The translations under genes were made by a program, and so were the position numbers. Positions 30,477-39,662 of a stretch of DNA of 64,000 bases are shown here, one piece after another. The DNA is from a virus. The stretch covers positions 95,413 to 159,412 of IMG/VR virus record IMGVR_UViG_3300025728_000008; one strand, given 5' to 3'. A model generated the notes under the pieces. That model did not search any database and was not told the origin of the DNA. It saw only the letters and a program-made list of their open reading frames with translations. Positions within the stretch are counted from its first letter, which is position 1. Each line of letters starts with the position of its first letter.

Positions 30477-31151
30477 ATGGCAAACTTTATCAATATTATA
30501 TTAGATACAACTGCACCAAGTAATCCATATGTCAACATCAATGGAGGTGCTACGTTTACTAATACAGAATTAGTTACAATTGCTATTGGAACTACAGATG
30601 AGGATACTACAGGTTATCAGATTAAAATCTGGGGAACAGTTGATGGAGCATATGACACAAATATCCAGACTACAGAAGGTGCATCTCAATGGATTTCATA
30701 CGCTGATTCCAAACAGATTAAACTTTCTAGTGGTGATGGAAGTAAACAAGTTTCTATTAAAGTCAGAGATGATGTTTACAATGAATCTAGCGTTGCACAA
30801 GACAATATCAATTTAAGCACTACAATTCCTACAGTTAATGTTGGAGCACCAGATACAAGCAAAATTTCTAAGAAAGCACAAAAGAATGTTGCATCATTTA
30901 CATTCTCATGTCCAGAAGCATTTGAAGAGTACAAGGTTAAAGTTGTTACTTCTACAGGAGCAGTTGAAAGTTCTGGAACATTAATTGCAACAGCTAACGG
31001 AAGTTCAAACACATCTGGTAATGCAGGTGGATACAATGCACCAATCACTGTAACAATTACTGGTACAGATTTAGAATTAGCATCTAGCGGTGACGGTTCT
31101 AAAATCATCAAAGTATTCGTTAAGAATAGTGCAGGAACATGGTCTGTATAA
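30477..31151 (+). CDS. Two-domain Ig-like protein, putative filament shaft subunit
   Basis: Internal duplication LDTTAP/LSTTIP and SSGDGSK twice; beta-rich; followed by a terminator. Confidence 0.65.
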   Translation: MANFINIILDTTAPSNPYVNINGGATFTNTELVTIAIGTTDEDTTGYQIKIWGTVDGAYDTNIQTTEGASQWISYADSKQIKLSSGDGSKQVSIKVRDDVYNESSVAQDNINLSTTIPTVNVGAPDTSKISKKAQKNVASFTFSCPEAFEEYKVKVVTSTGAVESSGTLIATANGSSNTSGNAGGYNAPITVTITGTDLELASSGDGSKIIKVFVKNSAGTWSV

Positions 31152-31154
31152 TTT

Positions 31155-31182
31155 AGGGGTTGCTTATGCAACCTCTCTTTTT
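31155..31182 (+). terminator. Intrinsic terminator within the Ig-like cluster
   Basis: AGGGGTTGC-TTAT-GCAACCTCT then CTTTTT. Confidence 0.7.
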
Positions 31183-31201
31183 AGATAAAAGGGGGATTAA
31201 G

Positions 31202-31654
31202 ATGAATTTTATCATTCTAGAATTAGATACAACAGCTCCAACTATTGAAATTTATGCACCTGCATATACCGTAAGAGAAGCAAGTGTTGAGGTTACAATT
31301 GAAGCAGATGAAGAAATAGGAACACCTAATGAGATTTATGTGATTGATGAAAGCGGAACAAGACATGATTATACTTTTAGTAGAGCAGGAAATTATTTGA
31401 CGGGCATTCTAGATTTCAATGGATTCCCTTTAGGACTAGCCAGACTATTTGTTCGTGTTACGGATACGGTTAATAATGTTTCAGAATTGTATGAGAAAAC
31501 TATTACTGTGAGAGAATCATTAACTATACTAAAACCAGTTATATCTGATTACATAGCAAATATACAAACAACAGATATAAAACGGAAAACAGAAATAATT
31601 GACAAGGATAGACAAATTGCTATTTCAAATGGTAAGAGTCGAATTAAGGAGTGA
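31202..31654 (+). CDS. Ig-like protein paralogous to the N-domain of 30477
   Basis: MNFIILELDTTAP and VRVTDTVNNVS; RBS AGGGGG. Confidence 0.65.
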   Translation: MNFIILELDTTAPTIEIYAPAYTVREASVEVTIEADEEIGTPNEIYVIDESGTRHDYTFSRAGNYLTGILDFNGFPLGLARLFVRVTDTVNNVSELYEKTITVRESLTILKPVISDYIANIQTTDIKRKTEIIDKDRQIAISNGKSRIKE

Positions 31655-31659
31655 GTAAT

Positions 31660-31944
31660 ATGAATATATATCAATATGGTGATACAGTTAGATTTGAATG
31701 TGTGTTCTATAATTTTGAAGGTGAAAAAATAGACCCACAACTAATTAAGGTAGTTATTTATGACCAAAAATATAAACAATTAAAAGAAGAAGTTTTAACG
31801 TCAGTTAACAAGAAATCAGTTGGGGAATATTTTTATGATTATACAACACCTAAAAAAGAACAGAAACTTTATTATGAATGGTATGGAGAAATTGATGGCA
31901 CACCATCTCTTCGTAGAGGTTCATTCATGACGAAATTTATTTAG
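31660..31944 (+). CDS. Small beta-sandwich protein (BppU-N-like adaptor, tentative)
   Basis: GDTVRFEC.F...G.KIDP, VGEYFYDY; overlaps or abuts the upstream gene. Confidence 0.5.
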   Translation: MNIYQYGDTVRFECVFYNFEGEKIDPQLIKVVIYDQKYKQLKEEVLTSVNKKSVGEYFYDYTTPKKEQKLYYEWYGEIDGTPSLRRGSFMTKFI

Positions 31945-31958
31945 AGAGGTGTTAGTTT

Positions 31959-32918
31959 ATGGGTATAGTAACAAATGGATTGATTGCATATTGGAATGCT
32001 CAACAAGGTATATCTGGTACTACATGGAATAATATTGCTCCTGCAAATGAAGGTAAATTTGCTTTAACATTAGCTAATACAACAGTTGAAAGTGATAGGG
32101 TTTTATTTAAAGGATTAACTACCAGTAGAGCTTTATCATCTGAAAATGTGGCAGGGATAACATCTCATACTGTTGAAATGTTTATAAGTGCAGATGCTTT
32201 ATATGAATTTGCAGGTGGAGTCCCTTTTTATGCTATTACTACTATGAGTAATCGTGGCGGATTTATTTTAAATACAACCAAGGACATTAACAGGTTAGAA
32301 TATAGCGACACTAGTGGAAGCACTTTTGCAATAACACCAAATAATTCTATTGTTAAAGGTTCAATTGTTCAAATAATTGCTATAGTTGATGCATTAGATT
32401 TAAGTGTTACTTTAGGTGTAAATGGTTCAATATTAACTAGAACAACAACTACTTTTTCAAGTTTGCCAAAATTAGTAGGATTAATTACATTGGGGGTAAG
32501 AAAATATAACACTAGTTATTTTGACCCATTTAAAGGTTATATTTATTCTACTAAAATATATAATAGAGTTCTTACACCAGAAGAGATAACACAAAATTAT
32601 AATAATGGTATAAATGTTGGTCTTGTAAGTAAGCCTACTGCAAATATTATTTCTGTAAGCAAACCAAAAATAAGCAGAATATCTGGACAGGATAGAACAT
32701 ATATTACTTTTAAGTTCGATAAAGATGTTCAAGCGTATAAAGTGATGGTTGGTGGGGTAGATTATAACACTGGATTATTAGCGGATTCTGGTGGAGCTAA
32801 GACAGCAAACACAGAAATCGTTGCAGAGATTGATTATTCAGAGCTGTCAATAGAAGGCTCAAATCGTATAACAATCTATGGTCAAAGTACGGATGGAACT
32901 TGGAGTACAAAAGATTAA
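31959..32918 (+). CDS. LamG/concanavalin-A-like domain protein with C-terminal Ig-like domain
   Basis: GIVTNGLIAYW...W.N and FKGYIYSTKIYNRVLTPEEITQNY LamG motifs; C-terminus resembles the 30477 C-domain. Confidence 0.75.
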   Translation: MGIVTNGLIAYWNAQQGISGTTWNNIAPANEGKFALTLANTTVESDRVLFKGLTTSRALSSENVAGITSHTVEMFISADALYEFAGGVPFYAITTMSNRGGFILNTTKDINRLEYSDTSGSTFAITPNNSIVKGSIVQIIAIVDALDLSVTLGVNGSILTRTTTTFSSLPKLVGLITLGVRKYNTSYFDPFKGYIYSTKIYNRVLTPEEITQNYNNGINVGLVSKPTANIISVSKPKISRISGQDRTYITFKFDKDVQAYKVMVGGVDYNTGLLADSGGAKTANTEIVAEIDYSELSIEGSNRITIYGQSTDGTWSTKD

Positions 32919-32926
32919 TTTTTGTG

Positions 32927-32955
32927 TTGACAAGCAATCTCTCCTAATATACAAT
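32927..32955 (+). promoter_or_regulatory. sigmaA-type promoter
   Basis: TTGACA-17 bp-TACAAT. Confidence 0.7.
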
Positions 32956-33040
32956 CAAAAATGTAAGACATATGCACGACTTGTAAGAGTGAGATTTTAT
33001 AAGTTGTGCAAAATATATAATGGTTGAAGGAGAGATTAAT

Positions 33041-33544
33041 GTGAATATTAATCAAGAGAAAGAGTATATCCAAAATAAAATGAAGAACATCCTAGATGAG
33101 CAAGCTAGATTAATTGACTTGCATTCTGGATTAAGAGAGTCATTGAATACGTTGACTCAACTAGAAGAACGTGGAGTAACAGAAATCACATTAAGTGAAT
33201 ATGTTGCATTTGCTAAATCAGTATTAGGTGAAGAGATTAAACAAGAGGAACAACAAAAGATGCAATTGGAAGAACAACCAAAATCAAAATATCCAATTAA
33301 CAATCTTCGTAATCATATGGGTTTAAAACAACCAATCGTAACAGAAGCAATTGTTGAAGTTTTAAAGTCTAAAAAGACTCCAGTTCATTTAAATGAATTG
33401 TATGCAGAAACAAACCAATTATTACATGGACAAATTAGTAGCCCTAAAAATTTCCAGAATAATCATTTGCAGAGAGCAATGAAAGCAACACATATGATTA
33501 AACGTGGAAGAACAAAAGGCTATTATCAATATAACGGAAAATAA
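33041..33544 (+). CDS. Putative DNA-binding protein (coiled coil plus C-terminal winged helix)
   Basis: AIVEVLK...PVHLNELY...I.R.RTKGYY pattern; RBS GAAGGAG before GTG (upstream ATG at 33020). Confidence 0.5.
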   Translation: MNINQEKEYIQNKMKNILDEQARLIDLHSGLRESLNTLTQLEERGVTEITLSEYVAFAKSVLGEEIKQEEQQKMQLEEQPKSKYPINNLRNHMGLKQPIVTEAIVEVLKSKKTPVHLNELYAETNQLLHGQISSPKNFQNNHLQRAMKATHMIKRGRTKGYYQYNGK

Positions 33545-33548
33545 TCTG

Positions 33549-33568
33549 GATAAAAGACGAGTTTTATA
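33549..33568. promoter_or_regulatory. Palindromic operator candidate, copy 2
   Basis: GATAAAAG-ACGA-GTTTTATA (degenerate). Confidence 0.4.
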
Positions 33569-33585
33569 CAGCAAAACACATCATT

Positions 33586-33617
33586 AAAAAATCCCCTTTA
33601 GTAAGGGGATTTTCTTT
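33586..33617. terminator. Bidirectional terminator at the strand switch
   Basis: AAAATCCCCTT-TAGT-AAGGGGATTTT flanked by A and T runs. Confidence 0.85.
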
Positions 33618-33620
33618 GTT

Positions 33621-34169
33621 TTATTCTTTGTGGAAATTATCTAGTGTAACCTCGATTTTTATGTCAAATTCTGTCTTTTTATTTGCTAAATTAAATTCTT
33701 CTTTGAAATCTTTTAATTGTTGTTCTTTTACTTTATCAACAGCCATTCGCACCATTCCCTTTTTAATTAATTTTTGTTTTTCTTCTTCATCTAACTGCAT
33801 AAAGTTTCTGCATAGACTTTCTTCATACCAACTTCTTCCAAAAATTTCTTCGACTTCATCTGTTAATTTTACTTCTCTTTCTTTTCCATATACATTGACT
33901 TTTGCTACAGCATTGATTTTTAACATTATACGCCATCCACTTCTACTAGGTTGATATCGACTCGCTGTTGTATCTTCATAATAATCACTATACAACGAAT
34001 ATGTACCTTTAATACTTACATTGGTAGTTGGTTTTTTATTTTCTTCTTCTTTCTTTTTTAAGTATTCTTCACTTGTAAGATATTCAACAACTTCTTTTTC
34101 AATTTCTTTTTCAGACTTTCCGTTTTGTTCTTTTACAAATACTCTCATTAATCTCTCCCAAATATTCAT
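33621..34169 (-). CDS. Hypothetical protein
   Basis: 182-aa ORF with RBS GAGGG. Confidence 0.6.
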   Translation of the reverse strand: MNIWERLMRVFVKEQNGKSEKEIEKEVVEYLTSEEYLKKKEEENKKPTTNVSIKGTYSLYSDYYEDTTASRYQPSRSGWRIMLKINAVAKVNVYGKEREVKLTDEVEEIFGRSWYEESLCRNFMQLDEEEKQKLIKKGMVRMAVDKVKEQQLKDFKEEFNLANKKTEFDIKIEVTLDNFHKE

Positions 34170-34172
34170 AAA

Positions 34173-34724
34173 TCATCCCTCTTTCTTTTTTGTTTTGCGT
34201 TTCTTCTTGACTGGTAAAGGTGGCTTAACCCAATCAATTAATCCATTCTTAATCAAATATGTAATTGCTACTGCTGTGGCATCTGACTCATCCTCATTCG
34301 CAAATTCGATATAAGGGTAGGCTTCCATTATTACTTTAGCTAAGTCATCCTTGCTTGCATCTCCATGCCATATGTGTGCTTTAACTTCCTTAGGTGGATA
34401 TAGCTCTTGTGGCTTATTCCAAATCATACATTGTATAACTCCTGTCGCTTTAGCAATCGTTTGTGTTTCCATGTTGAAGCGACTGAACATTCTTTCAATT
34501 CCTGCACATGCAGGTGGATATTGTTTATATATTTCTTTAAACCATTCTGTAATCTTTTTAAGTTTCAAGGAATTTTTATCTAATCCTTTATACTGTCTTG
34601 TTGCATAAATCTTTTCAGTGCTGAAACTTCCTATGTACACAAACTTGTGTTCATCTAAATCATAAATTGCAAGACCTGTATTCTTCATTGAGATATCAAG
34701 TCCGTAAAGATAGCGCTTTGTCAT
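34173..34724 (-). CDS. ruvC: RuvC-like Holliday junction resolvase
   Basis: GLDISMKNTG, IE, P..VK...G.ASK, DESDA acidic motifs. Confidence 0.8.
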   Translation of the reverse strand: MTKRYLYGLDISMKNTGLAIYDLDEHKFVYIGSFSTEKIYATRQYKGLDKNSLKLKKITEWFKEIYKQYPPACAGIERMFSRFNMETQTIAKATGVIQCMIWNKPQELYPPKEVKAHIWHGDASKDDLAKVIMEAYPYIEFANEDESDATAVAITYLIKNGLIDWVKPPLPVKKKRKTKKKEG

Positions 34725-34739
34725 CTTAACTCTTCCTTT

Positions 34740-34768
34740 ATTATATCATTAGTTTTTACTTTTGTCAA
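34740..34768 (-). promoter_or_regulatory. sigmaA consensus promoter (TAATGA family)
   Basis: TTGACA-AAAGTAAAAACTAATGA-TATAAT. Confidence 0.8.
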
Positions 34769-34771
34769 CAG

Positions 34772-34797
34772 AAAAAGGAATCAAAATTTGATTCCTT
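34772..34797 (-). terminator. Intrinsic terminator
   Basis: AAGGAATCAAA/TTTGATTCCTT inverted repeat with T run on the - strand. Confidence 0.65.
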
Positions 34798-35021
34798 TAC
34801 TCATTTTCTTTCATTTCGTTATAACATTTATAATGGTAAACCTTATCATCTTCTTCTACAAATAATTCATCTTCATATACTACAATCCCACACTTCGGGC
34901 ATTTACCTAGACCTTTCTTCTTTACAAATGTGAAAGGCTTACCACTCTGTGTTTTCCATTCATCGTATCCTGCATTTTCTAATTCTCGCTCAAAGTAATT
35001 CACTCTAGACATCTCCTTCAA
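34797..35021 (-). CDS. Small zinc-finger-like protein
   Basis: CPKC...H..C. Confidence 0.55.
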   Translation of the reverse strand: MKEMSRVNYFERELENAGYDEWKTQSGKPFTFVKKKGLGKCPKCGIVVYEDELFVEEDDKVYHYKCYNEMKENE

Positions 35022-35040
35022 CTCATATTTCTTCCTAAAG

Positions 35041-35069
35041 AAAAATAGGTAGCATAAAACTACCTATTT
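35041..35069 (-). terminator. Terminator after dnaE
   Basis: AAATAGGTAG...CTACCTATTT then TT on the - strand. Confidence 0.7.
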
Positions 35070-35071
35070 CA

Positions 35072-35100
35072 AGTATACCATAATCATTTGTGCTTGTCAA
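35072..35100 (-). promoter_or_regulatory. sigmaA-type promoter
   Basis: TTGACA-17 bp-TATACT with extended TG. Confidence 0.75.
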
Positions 35101-35108
35101 ATTACCTG

Positions 35109-38100
35109 TTACTTACGATTACTACTTTCACGTAATAATTTACATGCTTCTAAATGTGGTTCTATTTTGGTTTCATCCTTGAGCCATTTTCCACCTTCCA
35201 TTTTCCATCCGACTTTTTCTTCAACTTCAAGTACTTCTATGACATCTCCAACATATAATAAATCTTGTTCATTAGAATAGAATTTTTTCTTTTCAACTTT
35301 TAACGTAAATTCCTGTCCTGTTGCAACTTGATACAGTGTAATGCGTGGCTTATACTTTTTATTTACATCCACAACTAATGTAATGTTTGGGTCTATGTTC
35401 GGGAATGTTGTTACTGCATATCCTAGTGCAAATTTCTCAAATGCAATCTGTTCAAAGAGGTCAATCTTTTCTTCTTTTGCGTTCATTACTTCTTCTTGGT
35501 ATGCTTGTAATAATGCGATACGTTTTGCCTTTGTATTATCTTTATGTTTTTTATCGTACTTGATACCTTTTCCATCTCTAAATCCGTGATAAATTTTCAT
35601 TAATTTTCCGCTACTTCCAAAGTCAGAGAAGAAATTCAATTTAATCATTGTCTCAATATGTGTTTTGTTAATTCGATTATCTGTTTCAGTAATATGAAGA
35701 AGCAGGTCTAAGAAGGTATCGAATGTACGTTCTTGTGACATTTTATAAAACTCTTCGGCTATATCTGCATTCATATTTTTAATTGATGCGATGCCTTTGT
35801 AGATTTTGTTTGATTCTTTGTTGGCAGAATACAGTCCTCTAGACTTACCAAATTTAATTGATTCAATCTCAATTCCAAAATGAGTTAGCTCTTTTGTTAT
35901 TTTCGCTGTAACATCAGTGTCTTTCCAATATATATTCAAGACAGTTGCAAAATATTCTAATGGATATTCTGCTTTTAAATATGCTCCATAAATTGAGTCA
36001 AGGGCTACTGAATAAGCATGTGAAGAGTTGAAGCCATAACCTACTGCATCTTCAAGGATTTTCCATACCTTTAATGCATTCTCTTCACTTCCTGTTTTCT
36101 CTACAAATCCATTAATAAATTTATCATGAATCGGTTCAATGATTCCTTCTTTCTTTTTCGAGATGGCTTTCAGTAGTCCATATGTTTCATCCTCTGGGAA
36201 TCCTGCATATACAAGCGTTGCCATGATGTTCTCTTGATACAGAATGAAGTTGTCACTTGTTTCTAGAATCTTATCAAACTCTGGAATGTTATATGTAAAA
36301 GGTCTACGATTCAAGAAGTAAGCTTTCATAGATGCAAATGATGGTCTGATAGCTGATACCCAACCAGTTAATTCTCGCACACTCTGTGGCTTATATTGCA
36401 TAACCTGTGGCGTTCCACTATCTGTTCCTGTTTGGTTTAATGTAGCAGTTAATCCTTTTTCGTATAAGTCCCAAACCTTTTGATTATCTTTAACCATCTC
36501 ACTTAATTCTCGTACATCTGGAATAGGCAGTCCTACAGCTTTAAATGCTTCTGCTATAATTTTCCATACTGTCACAGTTAAATAATCATTCTTCAAATAT
36601 TTCCAAGCATCAGATGTGTCAGAGTCAATCAATGCACAATATGTAATTTTCTTTTTACCAGTATCTTCATCGTCACTACCTACTCGTAATACTCCAACTT
36701 CTTCTGAAATTGGTTGTGACAGTAATAAGTTTGCACATGGATGTGGAGATACAGAATCAATTACACCAATAAACATTTTAGATTCTTCAATGATGCTTCC
36801 CCATTTTGCATGTTTACGGTATGAATCTAAGTCTTTACCTACTTCATTATATTCATCCTTTTCCATTCCATATGCACGACACAAGTTACGGAATGCTTCT
36901 GATTCCTGCATTGTACCATAAGCAACCATCCAGTAACAATTGTCTTCTCCTAAAATCTCTTTTGTTGCCTGTACGAATGGCTCTGGGTCAGACGTATTGA
37001 AATCAATATCTGGTAGTGACTTTGTTTCTAAGATACGAGATATTGACATGAATCTTGTTGGATATAACGTTACTGGTGCATCCAATCTATCAACCTCAGT
37101 AAATCCTAAAAGCTTGTTTAAATAGTATGATGGTGCAGAGCCACGACCTGTACGTGTTAATACTCCACCTAATTCTTTGGCACGTTTGATGATTGGATAG
37201 TTTAATAAGAAATAATCTTCTGTAAATGTTTTGTCGATAATATCCATTTCAAATTTGATTCCATCAATATATTCTTTATGTTTAGCTTGTGGAATATGTT
37301 TTCTATCCTCTACCCATTCCTTGTTAATAATTTCTTTAAGTTTTACCATCTTTTCTTCATGATTTAATTCTGGATAAATTGATGGCATTTTAATATCCTT
37401 ATTCATTTCAATATCTTCAAAGTCATCTACAATCCAAGTGTTCTGTAATGCACTCTCAACTTGCTCACGAGTAAATACACCTTGTTCTTCAAATCGTTCA
37501 AACACTTTATCAGATGTTGGATAATCCATAATGAATCCATCTTCTTCTGGATAGAAGATACCTTTACCTTTTAGTAAGAGGTCACGTTCTTTTGCATCTT
37601 CTTCATGAATGTAGTGAGTGTCTGTAGCAAAGATAAATGGGATGCCATATTTCTCATGCATCTCTAATAACATTTTATTATATGTAACTTGCAGGTGATG
37701 GGTGTTGTCGTGAAGTTCTAAATAGAAATTCTCTCCAAAATACTCATAACAATCCTTGATGAAACATTCATCTTTATACAGGTTATATGGACTAGCAATA
37801 CATGTTGAAGTTACTACAACGTTCTCTGGATTTAATCCATACAATAAAGACTCATCAATACGTGGTTTAAAGTAATAACCTGTTGTATTTGCTTCTGAAA
37901 TTAATTTAGTTAATTCCTTTTTACCTTCATTGTTCTTTGCTAAGATAAGTAGATGGGCATTGGTTCTGTCTTTTGCGAAACGGTCTTTTACATAATAAAA
38001 TTCCACGCCAAATACAAGTTTCAATCCATACTTTTTAGCCACATCATAATACTCAAATACATTACCTGCATATCCATGTTCTACTGTTGAAAGTGTTTTA

Positions 38101-38207
38101 TGTCCTAGCTCAACTGCTCTCTTCGCTATATCTTCAATTGTTAAAGTTGAGTCTGGTGTACTGATATTTGAATACATTGTATGTTTATGTAAGTTTTCAT
38201 ATCTCAC
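35109..38207 (-). CDS. dnaE: DNA polymerase III alpha subunit (C family, PHP domain)
   Basis: LHKHT.YS PHP motif, GRGSA, LPDIDF, GFNSSHA, LKAEYP. Confidence 0.95.
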   Translation of the reverse strand: MRYENLHKHTMYSNISTPDSTLTIEDIAKRAVELGHKTLSTVEHGYAGNVFEYYDVAKKYGLKLVFGVEFYYVKDRFAKDRTNAHLLILAKNNEGKKELTKLISEANTTGYYFKPRIDESLLYGLNPENVVVTSTCIASPYNLYKDECFIKDCYEYFGENFYLELHDNTHHLQVTYNKMLLEMHEKYGIPFIFATDTHYIHEEDAKERDLLLKGKGIFYPEEDGFIMDYPTSDKVFERFEEQGVFTREQVESALQNTWIVDDFEDIEMNKDIKMPSIYPELNHEEKMVKLKEIINKEWVEDRKHIPQAKHKEYIDGIKFEMDIIDKTFTEDYFLLNYPIIKRAKELGGVLTRTGRGSAPSYYLNKLLGFTEVDRLDAPVTLYPTRFMSISRILETKSLPDIDFNTSDPEPFVQATKEILGEDNCYWMVAYGTMQESEAFRNLCRAYGMEKDEYNEVGKDLDSYRKHAKWGSIIEESKMFIGVIDSVSPHPCANLLLSQPISEEVGVLRVGSDDEDTGKKKITYCALIDSDTSDAWKYLKNDYLTVTVWKIIAEAFKAVGLPIPDVRELSEMVKDNQKVWDLYEKGLTATLNQTGTDSGTPQVMQYKPQSVRELTGWVSAIRPSFASMKAYFLNRRPFTYNIPEFDKILETSDNFILYQENIMATLVYAGFPEDETYGLLKAISKKKEGIIEPIHDKFINGFVEKTGSEENALKVWKILEDAVGYGFNSSHAYSVALDSIYGAYLKAEYPLEYFATVLNIYWKDTDVTAKITKELTHFGIEIESIKFGKSRGLYSANKESNKIYKGIASIKNMNADIAEEFYKMSQERTFDTFLDLLLHITETDNRINKTHIETMIKLNFFSDFGSSGKLMKIYHGFRDGKGIKYDKKHKDNTKAKRIALLQAYQEEVMNAKEEKIDLFEQIAFEKFALGYAVTTFPNIDPNITLVVDVNKKYKPRITLYQVATGQEFTLKVEKKKFYSNEQDLLYVGDVIEVLEVEEKVGWKMEGGKWLKDETKIEPHLEACKLLRESSNRK

Positions 38208-38219
38208 TAATAATCACTC

Positions 38220-38849
38220 CTATTTCTTTGTGCTTGCATCCCAACTTTTTGCTTTCTTTATAATGTCTGTGAGGTCTTTCAATCTCCCTACAACAACCTC
38301 TCTAAGCTGTAGATATGATTCATCTCCAAATGTCTTATGTAAGTTTGTCAAATCATTCATGGCATCTAAGCACTCATCAACTGACATGAGTTTATCATAT
38401 TGAATAACATCATCAGTAATTTTAATCTTTTTCTTTTTACCTTTTTGTTTTGGATGTTTCGTTGTGTCTGGATGTTTTGCGATATATTTATCAAATGCAT
38501 CAGCTCTCTCTCTTTTTCTAATTGTTTCTATGTAGAATGGCTCATCTGTTTTTCCTTGTCTTTCTCTTTCTCTCTGGATTAATTCGATGATTTTTGTGTG
38601 TTGCTCTTGACCAACTAAAGCTACAGTTTCAAATGTATGTGCAGTATATCTAAATAACATATATTCTTCTTTTTCAACTGGATACATCTGCATTAATGTA
38701 TATCTAGTATTTGCATCATCAACTGTTAAAGGATATGAAACAATATCTTTTTGAAATTCAAGAAATACATCAATAACAATATAATACTCCATCTTATTAC
38801 TTCCATTTGTGTCTTTAATCTTAATGATGTCTCCATAACTATATCTCAT
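38220..38849 (-). CDS. Hypothetical protein
   Basis: 209-aa ORF, RBS GGAGG. Confidence 0.6.
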   Translation of the reverse strand: MRYSYGDIIKIKDTNGSNKMEYYIVIDVFLEFQKDIVSYPLTVDDANTRYTLMQMYPVEKEEYMLFRYTAHTFETVALVGQEQHTKIIELIQRERERQGKTDEPFYIETIRKRERADAFDKYIAKHPDTTKHPKQKGKKKKIKITDDVIQYDKLMSVDECLDAMNDLTNLHKTFGDESYLQLREVVVGRLKDLTDIIKKAKSWDASTKK

Positions 38850-38888
38850 TAAAATCCCTCCTATAAAATAATAACCTGCTATATAAAT

Positions 38889-38917
38889 ATTATAGCAGGT
38901 TTGAATATCAAAGTCAA
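38889..38917 (-). promoter_or_regulatory. sigmaA-type promoter overlapping an 11-bp inverted repeat (38873-38901)
   Basis: TTGACT-17 bp-TATAAT; AACCTGCTATA-N7-TATAGCAGGTT. Confidence 0.7.
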
Positions 38918-38941
38918 GCGATATATCATTATTTTTTATTT

Positions 38942-39661
38942 TTAAAATTCAAATGTGTCACCTTTTTGTTTGGCTCTATATTGACTTCCTGTTTGAGAAA
39001 CTTGTGATTCATCAGCGAAATCAACAATCATCATTTGACCTTCGACTATAACAGGTTTCTTTTTATTTCTATTGTGTTTATCGACTGCACTTGCATAACA
39101 GCTATAACAAACTGAAAGATATTCTTGGCTTGTGTCGTCTTTTTTCTCTACTGTTACTCCATCTCCATCTAATTGCAGGACACCATCAAGATAGAATAAA
39201 TGATTAGTTGCATCATTCATACACTTATCACATTGCATTGTGATAGGAGAAATACGGAATCCAGTTTCAATTGCTCTCTTTGTTGGTTCAAACATGTATC
39301 CTGTATAAGAGTTTAATAATCCATATGCATAAATATCCACATCATATGTAATTGAAACTTGAGCCAATGCTTCTACTTGTCTAACTGATAAAAATTGTAA
39401 TTCATCAATCATGATAACATCTGGATTCTCCCAGAATATCTTAATAGCAATCATACTTCCATCATCATTCTTTGGTACGATTATTGCAGGGCGTGTTTCT
39501 TCTAAAGCTCTAGATGCAACAACACCCTCATCTCGTGTATCTTTTTCTGGTTTAAAGACCAGAACTTTCTTACCTTGACGTTCAAGATTGAAAGCCATCA
39601 TCAATAATTGGGCAGATTTTGAAGCATTCATAGTTCCTAAGATTAACTCTTTTTCTCTCAT
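38942..39661 (-). CDS. tdk: Thymidine kinase
   Basis: G.MNASKS P-loop, KPEKDTR, IDELQF, YGL, CxxC zinc sites. Confidence 0.88.
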   Translation of the reverse strand: MREKELILGTMNASKSAQLLMMAFNLERQGKKVLVFKPEKDTRDEGVVASRALEETRPAIIVPKNDDGSMIAIKIFWENPDVIMIDELQFLSVRQVEALAQVSITYDVDIYAYGLLNSYTGYMFEPTKRAIETGFRISPITMQCDKCMNDATNHLFYLDGVLQLDGDGVTVEKKDDTSQEYLSVCYSCYASAVDKHNRNKKKPVIVEGQMMIVDFADESQVSQTGSQYRAKQKGDTFEF

Positions 39662-39662
39662 A

